Assembly: GCA_963767735.1 (NCBI GenBank)
Contig: CAVYES010000006.1
Coordinates: 64,001-128,000, forward strand
From: Candidatus Bathyarchaeota archaeon
GTDB lineage: Archaea > Thermoproteota > Bathyarchaeia > Bathyarchaeales > Bathycorpusculaceae
Direction: 5' to 3'
DNA length: 64,000 nt
In this document: positions 10,105 to 20,677 of the stretch, piece after piece
How the letters are laid out: every line of letters begins with the position of its first letter
Numbering within the stretch: position 1 is the stretch's first letter
Notes under the pieces: model-generated
The model's input: only the letters and a program-made list of their open reading frames with translations
The model's database searches: none
What the model was told of the DNA's origin: nothing
Made by a program: the position numbers and the translations under genes

Positions 10105-11166
10105 TTACTGTTTAAGCTGAGCTTGGACGGTCGCGACTGCATCGTGTTTTTTCTTCGATAATTTAAGTAGCAAGCTCTTGGAGAAGGCTCCTTCTTCCAA
10201 CGGTTTAGATTCTAAGAATCCTGTTTTTTCCGCGTTAGTGAATAGTTCTTCGCCTTTTTCCGTTCGGATAATCGTGAAGGTCCAGCCATCAAGTCCAAGT
10301 CCGCCAACCGATATGTCTGCGAGTTCAGAACTGAAATCCTCGCACACACTGCAGCTTTTTCTGACGTACTGTTTTATGTCTGCAAGGGGAATAGCAGTAG
10401 TCCCTGCAGGAGTGGTTATGAGCATTTTTCCTTTAATGTTCATTTTTGTAATGTCGTTTAGGTTGATGCCGAGTTTGCCTTTAATGTGGGTTTCCATTAG
10501 CCCTTCATAATCGAAGCACTCTGAGCACATGAGCCCCACAAGATACTTGATTGGGGAACTGTACCTTTTCACACCGTTCATCTGCATCTTTCTAACAGCC
10601 TGAATCTGACAGGGTGTGCCTACGAACGCGATTTGAGTCTTTTTTTGCTTAATAACTTCGGGCAAGCCGAGAAGCGCAGAGGAACAGGAGTATTTTGTCC
10701 CCGCTGACTCAATAATTTTGTCGGCTGATGTCGCAAGAATCGGGGTAGGAAGGAAGGGTTTTTCTTGGCTTTTTCCGGAAACTACTGCTCCATCGATTAA
10801 TCCGTTCTGGAGAGCAGCTACCAGCATTGCGGTGGCGGCTCCTCCGTCTTGGCGAACCTTCTGAATGTCGCTGGGTTTTGCTTGGGCTATAGCTATTCTG
10901 CGGAAAACTCCGAATTCCTCTTCAGACTTTCTTGACCTGCCGAAAACAAAGTTCTCGGCTTTTGCCATTTCCCAGTTGTATCGCGGGCAGGCTTGGGCGC
11001 ATATGCCACAGACTTTGCATTCTTTCGCCAAATTGGGTTTTCCTTTGGCAAATTCAAGGCTGCCGAAGGGGCAAACGACGACGCAAGTGCCACAGCTTGC
11101 GCATTTTCCGGTTTGAACAACTTCAGTTAAGAGGGAGTTCTCAAAGCTATATTTTTTTGAACTCAT
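10105..11166 (-). CDS. FrhB/FpoF-family F420-binding subunit with N-terminal 2x[4Fe-4S] domain
   Basis: CASCGTCVVVCP and CKVCGICAQACP, QDGG, VGTPCQI, GLMC, CxxCEDF..ADISVG. Confidence 0.9.
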   Translation of the reverse strand: MSSKKYSFENSLLTEVVQTGKCASCGTCVVVCPFGSLEFAKGKPNLAKECKVCGICAQACPRYNWEMAKAENFVFGRSRKSEEEFGVFRRIAIAQAKPSDIQKVRQDGGAATAMLVAALQNGLIDGAVVSGKSQEKPFLPTPILATSADKIIESAGTKYSCSSALLGLPEVIKQKKTQIAFVGTPCQIQAVRKMQMNGVKRYSSPIKYLVGLMCSECFDYEGLMETHIKGKLGINLNDITKMNIKGKMLITTPAGTTAIPLADIKQYVRKSCSVCEDFSSELADISVGGLGLDGWTFTIIRTEKGEELFTNAEKTGFLESKPLEEGAFSKSLLLKLSKKKHDAVATVQAQLKQ

Positions 11167-11245
11167 AACGTTAGATAATTAACTGAAAATATATAAACAT
11201 TAAACGTGGAGCTTATTTGAAATTTCATCTTTTTGCTTCGCAGTT

Positions 11246-11914
11246 TTAACCAAACCAACTTAAGGTTATCTTCAGTTTCTTTAGTTCAGCTATTATCTTG
11301 TCAACTATTGGTTCTGGCGGTTGATCAAGACTTGCGGTCCTTGAAGTTACTAAGGGCACTTTTTTCTCCTTAAAATACTCTAAGAGTGGTTTCGTCTGTT
11401 CTTGGTAGACCTGCAGTCGCTTCTTTATAACTTCGGGGTTGTCATCTGGCCGTTGGTATAAGGGTCCCCCGCATTTGTCGCAGACGTCTTCTACTTTTGG
11501 TTTTAAGAACCGAATGTTGTAAACGGTTCCGCAATTACGGCATATTCTTCGGGTAGATAATCGTTCAATAATGATCCAGTCTGGAACATCCAGTAGTAGT
11601 ATGACGTCGATTTTAGTGATAGAATCTAAGATTTTGGCTTGGTTAAGCGTTCTTGGGTAGCCATCCAAAATGAAACCCTTTCCTTTCGGAATTTTGCTAA
11701 AGCGTTGCTTTAGTACTTCTTCAACAACTTCGTCTGGAACAAGAAGCCCTTTTTCCACATAACTCCTAACTTTCCTGCCTAACTCAGAATCTTCCTTCAT
11801 TAATTCACGGAAAATATCGCCTGTCGCTATGACTTCAACGCCAAGTTTCGCTTGCAGCCTTGAAGAATAAGTGCCTTTTCCAGCTCCAGGCGCTCCGAAG
11901 ATAATTGCTTTCAA
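11246..11914 (-). CDS. adk: Adenylate kinase (zinc-lid type)
   Basis: GAPGAGKGT, FILDGYPRT, lid CxxC...CxxC, QRPDD. Confidence 0.95.
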   Translation of the reverse strand: MKAIIFGAPGAGKGTYSSRLQAKLGVEVIATGDIFRELMKEDSELGRKVRSYVEKGLLVPDEVVEEVLKQRFSKIPKGKGFILDGYPRTLNQAKILDSITKIDVILLLDVPDWIIIERLSTRRICRNCGTVYNIRFLKPKVEDVCDKCGGPLYQRPDDNPEVIKKRLQVYQEQTKPLLEYFKEKKVPLVTSRTASLDQPPEPIVDKIIAELKKLKITLSWFG

Positions 11915-12045
11915 TTTATTGTTGCCCCCTTAGCCTCCCTCCATAGACCATTAATGGATAATTAAGTTTTATGTGTCCCCTCTAATGTTTCATGGAAACG
12001 TTTATGGCATAACAGCACTTATCAAACCCAACTAAGGGTGAAGCT

Positions 12046-12966
12046 TTGCACACGCAAGAAATCGGGAAAAGCCTATTTCTAATCGAGTTAGAAACGGGAG
12101 GATTCAAAAACCTCATTTGCAGCTACGTAATAAAAGGCACTAAAACTATCCTTGTGGAGTCTGGCCCAACCTCTTCAGTACCTAATCTTGTTTCTGGCTT
12201 AAAAGAACTCGGCATCAAATTTGAAGACGTTGAATACGTTGCTATCACGCATGTTCATTTAGATCATGGCGGCGGCGCCGGAACATTGCTAAAGTTTCTG
12301 CCTAACGCAAAAGTCCTCGTCCACCCACGGGGAATGCCGCATCTGATTAATCCTGAACGGCTTTGGTCATCTGCTCAAGCGGTTCTTGGGTACGTAAGCG
12401 AAATTTTCGGGAAACCTGAACCCGTTCCAAAAGAACGAATAATTCCTGTCACTGAGGGCTCCTTTAACTTGGATGATGGCGGTAAACTAACAGTTATTGA
12501 AACGCTCGGACACGCTTCACACAGCCTTAGCTTCCACGAATCGTTAAACGATGGAATTTTTCCAGGGGATGCTGCTGGCACTTATTTCCCAGAGTTCGAC
12601 TTAATAATGCCCACTACGCCTCCTCCCTTCTATCTTGACTCAGAATTAGCTTCTTTAGATAGATTAATCGGTCTTATGCCGACAATTCTGTATTATAGCC
12701 ATTTCGGAAAAGCTTCAAATGGAGTTCGCCGTTTGAAAGATTACAAGGTTCAACTTCAATTGTGGGCAAAAATCGCGGAAGAAGGCGTCGGGAAAAATCG
12801 GAGTTCAGAGGAGATTCGGGAGAGAATAATTGCTGAGGACAAGGTTATGAGTCAGCTGTCGGATTATTTAAAATCGCATCGAATTTACTGTAGGACCGCT
12901 CTTGAAAACAGCGTTCAAGGCTTTATCGACTATGCCAAGCAAATTCAAGCTAAAGAGGGTTCATAA
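12046..12966 (+). CDS. Metallo-beta-lactamase fold hydrolase
   Basis: THVHLDHGGG, GHASH, GDAAG, YSHFG. Confidence 0.9.
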   Translation: MHTQEIGKSLFLIELETGGFKNLICSYVIKGTKTILVESGPTSSVPNLVSGLKELGIKFEDVEYVAITHVHLDHGGGAGTLLKFLPNAKVLVHPRGMPHLINPERLWSSAQAVLGYVSEIFGKPEPVPKERIIPVTEGSFNLDDGGKLTVIETLGHASHSLSFHESLNDGIFPGDAAGTYFPEFDLIMPTTPPPFYLDSELASLDRLIGLMPTILYYSHFGKASNGVRRLKDYKVQLQLWAKIAEEGVGKNRSSEEIRERIIAEDKVMSQLSDYLKSHRIYCRTALENSVQGFIDYAKQIQAKEGS

Positions 12967-13010
12967 ACGTTTTATAGTATCACTCCACTGTGTCTTTAAG
13001 GTGAAAAATT

Positions 13011-14489
13011 TTGGGCGAAAGTGAAAGCAGAAAGGCGCCAGAAGAAGTTCCGCTTGAGAAAATAAACGAGTACGCTTGGCGTATCCCAAAATATAAGCCA
13101 GGCATGAGAGTTCCTGGAATGGTTTTTGCAAACGAAGCTCTTTTAGAGAAGATGAAGACTGATCGCACACTTTGGCAATGCACAAACGTAGCGCAGTTGC
13201 CTGGAATTTACAAACATGCAATAACATTGCCTGATGGGCATGAAGGCTACGGTTTTCCAATAGGTGGCGTTGCCGCAACCGACTTTGATGAAGGCGTCAT
13301 CAGCCCTGGCGGCGTAGGTTATGATATCAATTGTGGTGTACGCCTCTTAGCCACAACGCTTACCGAAAGTGAGATTAGGCCCAAACTTGTCCCATTAGCT
13401 GAAACAATTTTCCGTAATGTTCCTTCTGGGCTTGGAAGTCGACGAAAAGACCTCTCAATATCCTCCGCCGACTTAGATCGTTTGGTCGTTGAGGGTGTGC
13501 CTTGGCTCATTAAACGTGGGTTCGGTTGGCCCGAAGACGCAGAACACTGTGAAGAAAGCGGATGCATGCCTAACGCAGACCCAGATAAGGTCTCGTCGAC
13601 CGCTAAAAGCAGAGGATTAACCCAGATTGGCACCTTGGGTTCGGGAAACCACTTCTTAGAAATACAAAAAGTAGACAAAATCTACAATCCTAAAACAGCT
13701 AAAGCTTTTGGAATTACACAAGAAGATCAAGTTACAGTCATGATTCATTGCGGTTCAAGAGGCTACGGCCACCAAGTCTGCTCCGATTACCTGCGTGTCA
13801 TGGAGCATGCAGTCCAAAAGTACAAGATAACCTTACCTGACCGCGAATTAGCCTGCGCACCTGGACACAGCAATGAAGCAAGTGATTACTTCCACGCTAT
13901 GGCCTGCGCAGTTAACTACGCTTTTTGTAATCGACATGCAATTATGCATTGGGTGCGACAAAGCTTCCAGCAAGTTTTCCAGCAGCCTCCCGAAAACTTT
14001 GGTTTAAAACTTGTCTATGATGTCACCCATAACATTGCCAAAGTGGAAACCCACAAAATTGATGGCGTAGAAAAGAAGGTTTGGGTTCACCGCAAAGGAG
14101 CAACACGCGCTTTCCCATCGGGTCACCCGGATATTCCAGCTGATTATCGCAGTGAAGGCCAACCAGTCCTTATTCCAGGCAGCATGGGTACGAGCTCGTG
14201 GGTTCTGGCAGGTTCTCAGAAGGCTATGGATTTAACTTTTGGTTCAACCGCGCATGGTGCCGGCAGAATGATGAGCCGTTCAGCCGCTAAACGGCAGTAT
14301 TGGGGAGGAGACATAAAATCGGCTTTGGAGAAGAGGGGCATTGTTGTTCGCGCGGCAAGCATTTCTGTTTTGGCTGAGGAAGCTGACCCTGCATATAAGA
14401 ATGTGGATGTGGTTGCCGACGTCAGCGACAAAGTTGGAATTGCCACTAAAGTTGCAAGACTTGTTCCTCTTGCGGTGGTAAAAGGGTAA
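13011..14489 (+). CDS. rtcB: RNA-splicing ligase RtcB
   Basis: PDGHEGYGFPIGG, VGYDINCG, GSGNHFLE, HCGSRG, HRKGAT, STAHGAGR. Confidence 0.97.
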   Translation: MGESESRKAPEEVPLEKINEYAWRIPKYKPGMRVPGMVFANEALLEKMKTDRTLWQCTNVAQLPGIYKHAITLPDGHEGYGFPIGGVAATDFDEGVISPGGVGYDINCGVRLLATTLTESEIRPKLVPLAETIFRNVPSGLGSRRKDLSISSADLDRLVVEGVPWLIKRGFGWPEDAEHCEESGCMPNADPDKVSSTAKSRGLTQIGTLGSGNHFLEIQKVDKIYNPKTAKAFGITQEDQVTVMIHCGSRGYGHQVCSDYLRVMEHAVQKYKITLPDRELACAPGHSNEASDYFHAMACAVNYAFCNRHAIMHWVRQSFQQVFQQPPENFGLKLVYDVTHNIAKVETHKIDGVEKKVWVHRKGATRAFPSGHPDIPADYRSEGQPVLIPGSMGTSSWVLAGSQKAMDLTFGSTAHGAGRMMSRSAAKRQYWGGDIKSALEKRGIVVRAASISVLAEEADPAYKNVDVVADVSDKVGIATKVARLVPLAVVKG

Positions 14490-14495
14490 AATTAG

Positions 14496-14531
14496 CCTTT
14501 TTCTTTCCGTTTTTTTAAACGGTTTTTTTTG
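14496..14531 (+). terminator. Probable archaeal oligo-T terminator after rtcB
   Basis: Several T5-T8 tracts immediately after the stop codon. Confidence 0.5.
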
Positions 14532-14609
14532 TTGATTTGGGGAATCGTATATCTAGAAGTTTAATAATGAATTTTACCTTGAATCGATAAAACAGCTGGA
14601 AAGCATCAC

Positions 14610-16148
14610 TTGAGCAAAAAACAAATCAGGGTTCAGTACAGCGGATTCATTATTTTTACGTCTCAAGTGCTAGGCATAATTACTGGGCTTGTTTACACGC
14701 TGTTGCTTACCCGAAACATGACCACAAGCCAATATGGTATTTGGACAAACATTTTTGATTACACGGGGTACTTTTTGCTTTTCAGTGGCTTTTTACCTTT
14801 CTGGGCAACTCGGTTTGTGGCAAGAGGTAAGGCGGGAACTGTTAAAACTAGCGTTTTAGCGCAATTGTCAATAGCTCTCATTTCAGTCGTTATTTATCTT
14901 CCTGCGATTGTTCTGATTTCAAGAGCAATCGGAACCGAAGTCTACTTGCTAATTTACTTGATTACAGGCTTTTACATTTTGAATACTTACATGGTCACAG
15001 TTTTTGAAAGCATTTTGACTTCTGTGAAGCCTCAGGCAATTGGTTATGGTTTTTTAATTGAGGAAGTAGTGAAAGTGACTGTTGCTGTAGTTTTGATACT
15101 TGGGTTAAGGCAGCTATTTCTCGGCGCAATATTAGGCCTAGTTCTTTCCGCAGCAGTTCAACTATTATATTATGTGCGCCTTTTATGGGACGAATTTAAG
15201 CAAAAAACCAACTGGACCTACTTAAAAGAGTGGCTTAAGGGTTCAACAGCAATCGTCTATAACTCAATTGGCGGACAATTATTAGCGGTTGTCTTTATTA
15301 TGCTTTTTCTCATTGGTGGAGCAACCCCTAGAGCCTACTACCAAGCAGCTTTAAGTTTTACGACCGTAGTGGGCTATTCTTCTTCTTTGGCGACGGCGAT
15401 GTATCCTAAACTGCTGGCTAAAACTTGCCCAGACGAACTGGTGGGAACATCGTTGAGAACAGTGTTAATGTTGGCGATTCCATTATCCACAATAACGATG
15501 GTTATGTCTACCTCGTTCTTATCCATTCTAAACATATCTTACAGTATTGCTTGGCCAGTTCTCATTGCATTAACGATTAACACATTAGTGAGTGTGATTG
15601 CTTCGTTCTACTCTTCACTCATAATGGGCAGAGAAGGGTTCGACGCTGAAGGAAAAATTTCACTTCGCAAACTTGTCAGAAGCAAAATCTTTACAGTTTT
15701 CAGTCTTGGATACATTCAGGCAGCAATCGCTTTACCCTTGGTGTATTACGTTCTGACGCAAGTGCGGGTGGCTGGAACACCGCTAGCTGCAGTTTACGTT
15801 ATAGCAATACTCACTGGCGCCCAGCTTTCAACCTTTATTGGACTATATTGGTCTTGGCGTCGTTCAATTAGGTTACCTGTTGCTTGGAAAAGCATAGCCA
15901 AATACGTTCTCGCTTCCATCTTTATGGGCGCTGTGCTTTTCCTGCTTCCTACTACCTCAACGCTGCTCTTCACAATCGCTAAAGCCCTTGCGGGCTTTGC
16001 AATTTACGCGGGCTTGTTATTAATTATTGATGCGCAAGCAAGAGAGTTGATTAGGTTAATCTGGGAAGAAATCACGGGTACACTACGGCAGTTAATACAT
16101 AAAGGCGATAATTCGGGTCAAAACGGTTTTGAAGCAAGTGAAAATTAA
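14610..16148 (+). CDS. Polytopic membrane protein, MOP/Wzx flippase-like
   Basis: Many hydrophobic segments and an N-terminal LLLTRNMTTSQYGIW pattern like polysaccharide flippases. Confidence 0.7.
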   Translation: MSKKQIRVQYSGFIIFTSQVLGIITGLVYTLLLTRNMTTSQYGIWTNIFDYTGYFLLFSGFLPFWATRFVARGKAGTVKTSVLAQLSIALISVVIYLPAIVLISRAIGTEVYLLIYLITGFYILNTYMVTVFESILTSVKPQAIGYGFLIEEVVKVTVAVVLILGLRQLFLGAILGLVLSAAVQLLYYVRLLWDEFKQKTNWTYLKEWLKGSTAIVYNSIGGQLLAVVFIMLFLIGGATPRAYYQAALSFTTVVGYSSSLATAMYPKLLAKTCPDELVGTSLRTVLMLAIPLSTITMVMSTSFLSILNISYSIAWPVLIALTINTLVSVIASFYSSLIMGREGFDAEGKISLRKLVRSKIFTVFSLGYIQAAIALPLVYYVLTQVRVAGTPLAAVYVIAILTGAQLSTFIGLYWSWRRSIRLPVAWKSIAKYVLASIFMGAVLFLLPTTSTLLFTIAKALAGFAIYAGLLLIIDAQARELIRLIWEEITGTLRQLIHKGDNSGQNGFEASEN

Positions 16149-16213
16149 TATGTCTAAAATGAGGAGTGTACTTTAAGCGACTTTTCAGTTCGCCCAGCCA
16201 AGTTGATTAATCG

Positions 16214-16834
16214 TTGAAGGATGAATGCGGAATTTGCGGAAGAGTTCTACGGGTAGCTTACATGCGTAAGTGTCAACGTTGCAAAAAACTGTTTTGCCGG
16301 GACTGCATGGTGCCCGACGTCGCAACAGACGATCCAAATGCAATGTTGTGTTTGCATTGTGCTAGACGAGTGGTTTCGCCCCGGTCAGCATCTAAGTATG
16401 ATGGGCTCGAGAACCATTTGAAGTTTAGAGCTGCTTTCACTGGATTGGTCAAACTTTCCTTTGCAAGAATAGACGGTTTAATTGGCAGCAACCTTCCCAT
16501 AAGCGCTTTCAGAGACGAAGCCTGGTGGAGTAACTCATCATTCAGCGCCCACGCTAAGGCTTGGCTGAATGCAGGCTGGGAAGTTCAAGAAATAAACCTC
16601 AAAGAAGGCAATGTTACTTTCAAGAAAGTGCGCGATGTTCCATTCAAGAAGTCCAGGCGATCTAAGCTTGAAATTAATAAGCCATTCACACCTGTGCCTG
16701 TTCACAAGCCTAGGTCTAAGGTTCCGTCTAAAACCAAAGTGTCAAAGCTTTATGCTCGCATAAAAAACATGGAGAGAAACCGCGCATTAGACCGCAGGCA
16801 GATTAGAGGCTTCAAGGCTAGGCCGCGGCATTAG
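16214..16834 (+). CDS. Cys-rich zinc-finger protein with a SKY...WWSN...AW.AGW domain
   Basis: Four CxxC pairs at the N-terminus, a conserved-looking middle domain and a basic tail. Confidence 0.6.
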   Translation: MKDECGICGRVLRVAYMRKCQRCKKLFCRDCMVPDVATDDPNAMLCLHCARRVVSPRSASKYDGLENHLKFRAAFTGLVKLSFARIDGLIGSNLPISAFRDEAWWSNSSFSAHAKAWLNAGWEVQEINLKEGNVTFKKVRDVPFKKSRRSKLEINKPFTPVPVHKPRSKVPSKTKVSKLYARIKNMERNRALDRRQIRGFKARPRH

Positions 16835-16891
16835 AAGAAGCTTTTTAGGTCCAAGTGGCAATTTAATGCTCAAGCCTAAGTGGTGCCATGA

Positions 16892-17410
16892 TTGTTTAAA
16901 CGAACTGTCAGTGTAGGAATCGATGAAGCGTATGCAGATTTGAAAGCTGTTCTCTTAGAGAAAGGATGCAAGATAATCTCTGAAGAGCCACCTAAGCAAA
17001 TGTTGGTCAAGCAAGGGTCGCTATGGGGGATGTCGCCAGGAACAGCCAAGAAAACGATAGCCGTTAATTTTGCGCCAGTTGATTCTGGAACACAGATAAC
17101 ATGCTCTTCTCGCCTAGGTTCAGACTGGAAAAACCTCACAATAGTGGGCTGCGCTTTAGCTGCTGTGCTGGTTGGTTTATGTCTATGGATAATGTTTGAT
17201 TTAGAAACATTTATGGTCACTCAGAAGCCTATTTTTTGGAGTTGGCTGGCAACCGTTAACGGAAATGTGGATTTCCAAGTGGCACAAGCATTTGTGAATC
17301 TAACAAAGGATCTTGTCGTCTTCCTTTCCGCTATCATCCTTTTAGAAATTGTAATTGTCGTTTATGTGCAGGCTAAAATAGACAGGTTTGCGGAACGAAC
17401 TCTCAATTAA
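16892..17410 (+). CDS. Hypothetical membrane protein (2 TM)
   Basis: ORF with two hydrophobic helices and a GGTG upstream. Confidence 0.6.
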   Translation: MFKRTVSVGIDEAYADLKAVLLEKGCKIISEEPPKQMLVKQGSLWGMSPGTAKKTIAVNFAPVDSGTQITCSSRLGSDWKNLTIVGCALAAVLVGLCLWIMFDLETFMVTQKPIFWSWLATVNGNVDFQVAQAFVNLTKDLVVFLSAIILLEIVIVVYVQAKIDRFAERTLN

Positions 17411-17459
17411 ATTTTGCGCCTTGAACGAGCTTGGGAACGTGCTTAATAGAATTTAAGGT

Positions 17460-18518
17460 TTAAGCTATTTTTTTACCGCATTTTTCGCAGTATAAAGCAA
17501 ACGATTTGTTGCTTGAGCCACAATAGATGCAGAATTTGTATTTGTTGATCTCTAAATTGGCTTCTGCCACTTTAGGGTTGCTTGTTTCTGAAGAAACTGT
17601 TTGGTTAAGGGGGGGCATTCGATTGGATTTGCTTGCTGTTTTAACAGTTACGGCTATCGAAACCACTATTGCAAGGATAATTAGTATGAATAAAATAGGT
17701 TCGTCAGCGATTAAATTAACTGAAATTGGAAGAACTGGTTGGATAGTTGGATTGGGAACAGTTGAGGAAGTTGCCTGTAAATTTGGAATGTATTGTTCGC
17801 TTTCATCTATCGGGTATACGTAAACCTTTTGACCTGTGAATTGCTGGGGAAGCTGGCCAATTGTGAACCCGGGGCCTGTGGTTTCGCAGTAATAGTAGGT
17901 TTGGTTATTGCAGATGTAACTGGTGCCTGGAAGGTTATTTCCCAGTATGCCCACCGCTAAATGGTCTGGGGGGTTAATGAAAACTGCACCGTAACCCAAA
18001 ATGAGCATTAATGTCGCAAAAAGTATAGAATGAGATTTGCAGTCTCCAACATTATCAACTAAAGTTTCAACGGGAAACCTTGGATAATCTTGATAGGGTG
18101 TGCTAGCATTGTCCGTCTTGTAAGGTATGCTCTGTACGAAAGCTAAAACAAAGTTTACTTCATCGTATGAACCATACCCCTGCTGTGTTGCAGTTTGGTT
18201 AAGTTTGTCAGCAAGGTTTTGCATGTAATTATCTTCAGTTGTAGTGAAAAAACCAAAGTCTGCAAGGCTATAGGTTATTCGAACTGAATCGGGAACTGCT
18301 ACATAGGCATCATAAAGATCAACAGGAATACTTAGGTTCAAAGTCCAATGGTCTCCGCCATAATACCACGCAAACGCTGTGTTATAATACTGACTTTGAC
18401 CGGGGCTTTGAGCAGTAACAACTCCAAAAGGACACATTATGGGCAGAGAAATAATACACGCAAGCGTAAAAATAATTAATAATCTGACAGATTTGTGGCT
18501 CAGCAGAGGTCTGCCCAT
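17460..18518 (-). CDS. Membrane-anchored transglutaminase-like cysteine protease-fold protein with C-terminal zinc ribbon
   Basis: Signal peptide, FVQSIPY..YPRFPVETL..GDC, H(LAVGI), E(TT), a TM helix and CIYCG...CEKCG. Confidence 0.75.
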   Translation of the reverse strand: MGRPLLSHKSVRLLIIFTLACIISLPIMCPFGVVTAQSPGQSQYYNTAFAWYYGGDHWTLNLSIPVDLYDAYVAVPDSVRITYSLADFGFFTTTEDNYMQNLADKLNQTATQQGYGSYDEVNFVLAFVQSIPYKTDNASTPYQDYPRFPVETLVDNVGDCKSHSILFATLMLILGYGAVFINPPDHLAVGILGNNLPGTSYICNNQTYYYCETTGPGFTIGQLPQQFTGQKVYVYPIDESEQYIPNLQATSSTVPNPTIQPVLPISVNLIADEPILFILIILAIVVSIAVTVKTASKSNRMPPLNQTVSSETSNPKVAEANLEINKYKFCIYCGSSNKSFALYCEKCGKKIA

Positions 18519-18551
18519 TTGAACATCTTCAATGGCGATAACATGAAACAG

Positions 18552-19043
18552 TCAACCGTTTAAAACTTCCCCCAAATCATGATTTTTCGTTAACTGTTGA
18601 ACGCTTGAACGGTTGTTCCAAGTAGTCAAGCTGTAGGCCGCTATCGCCAAAAGGCAGATTAGAACTAAAACTTTTAGAATCGAAAATGCCTGCGTGAGTG
18701 AGACTAATAGAAATGCGGCTGGAAGCGGAAGAAGCAGAAAATAAATAAACGCTATGAACCCCAGCCTGTTTCCAACGCTTTCTCTCTTGACGTATCTTTT
18801 TCCGAAGAATGCGCCTGCGATTCGTCCAAAGCCGCTTGTGCAAGTTTTGCATTGATAACAGCTGCTGCAACCGAGCCTGCGCAGAACAAGATAGATCACG
18901 ACGGCTTCTAAAAGCAGGTATGCCCAACCGTAAATCTGATTGTAAAAAATTACACCAAAAGCAGCTAGAAAAACCCAAGCGAGAACCCCCAGATTTCCCA
19001 AAACAAGCAATGGGCGGGTAAATTCAAGTTTTTCTTCAGTCAA
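18552..19043 (-). CDS. Hypothetical 4-TM protein with Cys cluster
   Basis: Four hydrophobic helices with CSSCYQCKTC between TM2 and TM3. Confidence 0.65.
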   Translation of the reverse strand: MTEEKLEFTRPLLVLGNLGVLAWVFLAAFGVIFYNQIYGWAYLLLEAVVIYLVLRRLGCSSCYQCKTCTSGFGRIAGAFFGKRYVKRESVGNRLGFIAFIYFLLLPLPAAFLLVSLTQAFSILKVLVLICLLAIAAYSLTTWNNRSSVQQLTKNHDLGEVLNG

Positions 19044-19168
19044 GTTTTGGCTCCTTTTCTATTATGAATGGTTCCTACTTATAGATAATTTGTTTAGTAA
19101 AGTTTTTGCTCGGATAGGTCTTGGTTGCACACAATAAATGCTTAAGAATAATGCGTTGTGGCAAAAGC

Positions 19169-19450
19169 CTATTTTTGCTTGATTATGCCGTAGCTTTGCT
19201 TTTTCCACAAATCCCTAAACTTATTATAGTAATCTACAGGTTGAAAAACGGGTGCATACGTCAATTGCCATTCAAGGCCACATTTGCAAACGGCGTAAAC
19301 TTCTTTTTTATGTACATTCGCCAAAATCTGCAGCAATTCCTTCCGGCACTTCGGGCAGTAATAAGGTCCATTCACCATCTGTTTCGCGTCTTTAGTTAAA
19401 ATTTTAATGCGGCTGTTAGGAACCTTTTTCGCTTCCTTTCCCGAACCCAT
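19169..19450 (-). CDS. Elf1-like zinc-ribbon protein
   Basis: Basic N-terminus, CPKC...CKCG, and C-terminal PVDYYNKFRD resembling the Elf1 (P/A)VDxYxxFxD motif. Confidence 0.6.
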   Translation of the reverse strand: MGSGKEAKKVPNSRIKILTKDAKQMVNGPYYCPKCRKELLQILANVHKKEVYAVCKCGLEWQLTYAPVFQPVDYYNKFRDLWKKQSYGIIKQK

Positions 19451-19630
19451 CTTCTAAATCAATCCAAAATATACATCCATGCATGGACTAAGATATACTA
19501 TTCCATCTTTCAATCATATTTTTAACAATAGATTCGCCATGTCTTCCTCTCGAAACGGCAAGCATGATGGCAGTGCGCAACCAAACGAGAGAAGATTTAT
19601 CAACACAAATATCATTAGTGAAATGCACTT

Positions 19631-19738
19631 GCGGTCGTCGTCTAGTCTGGTTTAGGACATTAAACCGTATATCATCACTAGCGGTGTGTAAGCCTTCCAA
19701 GCTAATGATCCCGGGTTCAAATCCCGGCGACCGCACCA
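19631..19738 (+). tRNA. tRNA-Gly(TCC) with 29-nt non-canonical intron at position 29/30 (intron 19663-19691); CCA encoded
   Basis: Acceptor stem GCGGTCG/CGACCGC and T arm CCGGGTTCAAATCCCGG. After splicing, the anticodon arm is TTAGC-CTTCCAA-GCTAA. Canonical BHB: bulges TAA and AAG, central helix ACAT/GTGT. Confidence 0.93.
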
Positions 19739-19871
19739 TTTCCCCTTCGTAGTTTGCCCCGTTACTGGAATATCCTCTGAGTTTTGCGCCCATGCTTTAA
19801 GAGCCAAGTCATCTGTATTCACTGCTTGGTTAATCGGTAATTTTGAATGGTAACTGTTATAAAACGGCTAT

Positions 19872-20362
19872 GTGACAGAGTGTTTCGGTGGCTTGTTGGC
19901 GAGGGGATTTGTGGTAACTTCAGTTTGCTTGGTTATCGCTTGGGTTTTAATAGTGAGCTACCAAATTTTTACTAAAACGGCCCTGTCCACAATAGTCTCT
20001 GTTTTCAAGGTTCCTGCTCCATTTATCGCTTCATCGTTAAATTCCAACATTTCCGTGGGCATTTTCTTTTTTTCTTTTGCCTGGATGTTTGTTTTATCCT
20101 CTGTCATCACCAACTTCATCGTTGGTAGGGACAAAAGAATTTCATACAATTCTTGGTTAGTTTAGCATTAACCGCTATAGGATCAATCCTTTTGGGCTTA
20201 TTGAAAAATTTTGGTCTAAACTTATCAAACCTCAATCTTCCAAAAGCATATTCCCAACTGTTTGGCAACGCGTTTTTTTGCGTTTTTCTATCTTTCTCTG
20301 CCGTTTATTTTTATGTTAGCCATAGATTTTCAACATTCACGCAAAATGAAAGCGAAAAGGTG
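19872..20362 (+). pseudogene. Membrane protein interrupted by apparent 1-nt frameshifts (~20145 and the T7 run at ~20275)
   Basis: Hydrophobic reading continues across frames from ORF 19872-20165 into 20153+. May be sequencing error. Confidence 0.5.
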
Positions 20363-20406
20363 AAAAGCCACAAACGCAGTCTAATTTTTATTGGTGACAC
20401 TTAGAA

Positions 20407-20610
20407 ATGAGCGACGTAGATATGGCATCGATTCAACTTAAGGGTGTAAAACAGAATTTCATATTGAGCGCTGAGAAGAATTTTAAGACTGGAAGCAGAG
20501 GTTTTCATGCCCAAGGAAAAATGCAGATTGGCGACAAAAACTATCAGATAAACATTTTAGCCGTTGAAATCGGTTCCAAGCCAAAAGAGAAAGAAGAGAA
20601 AAAGAAATAA
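20407..20610 (+). CDS. Small conserved-looking hypothetical protein (FKTGSRGF..QGK motif)
   Basis: GGTGA RBS upstream, compact beta-rich sequence and a T-rich terminator after the stop. Confidence 0.65.
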   Translation: MSDVDMASIQLKGVKQNFILSAEKNFKTGSRGFHAQGKMQIGDKNYQINILAVEIGSKPKEKEEKKK

Positions 20611-20677
20611 CTGATTTTTCCACCAATTTTTCTTTGTCACTAATTTTGTTGCATTAAAAGCGAAAGGGCATTTTTGG

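Noticed and set aside
19488-19793. ORFs 19488-19793(-) and 19564-19752(+)
   Set aside because: Shadows of the tRNA-Gly gene (the SPGFEPG peptide is typical of antisense tRNA).
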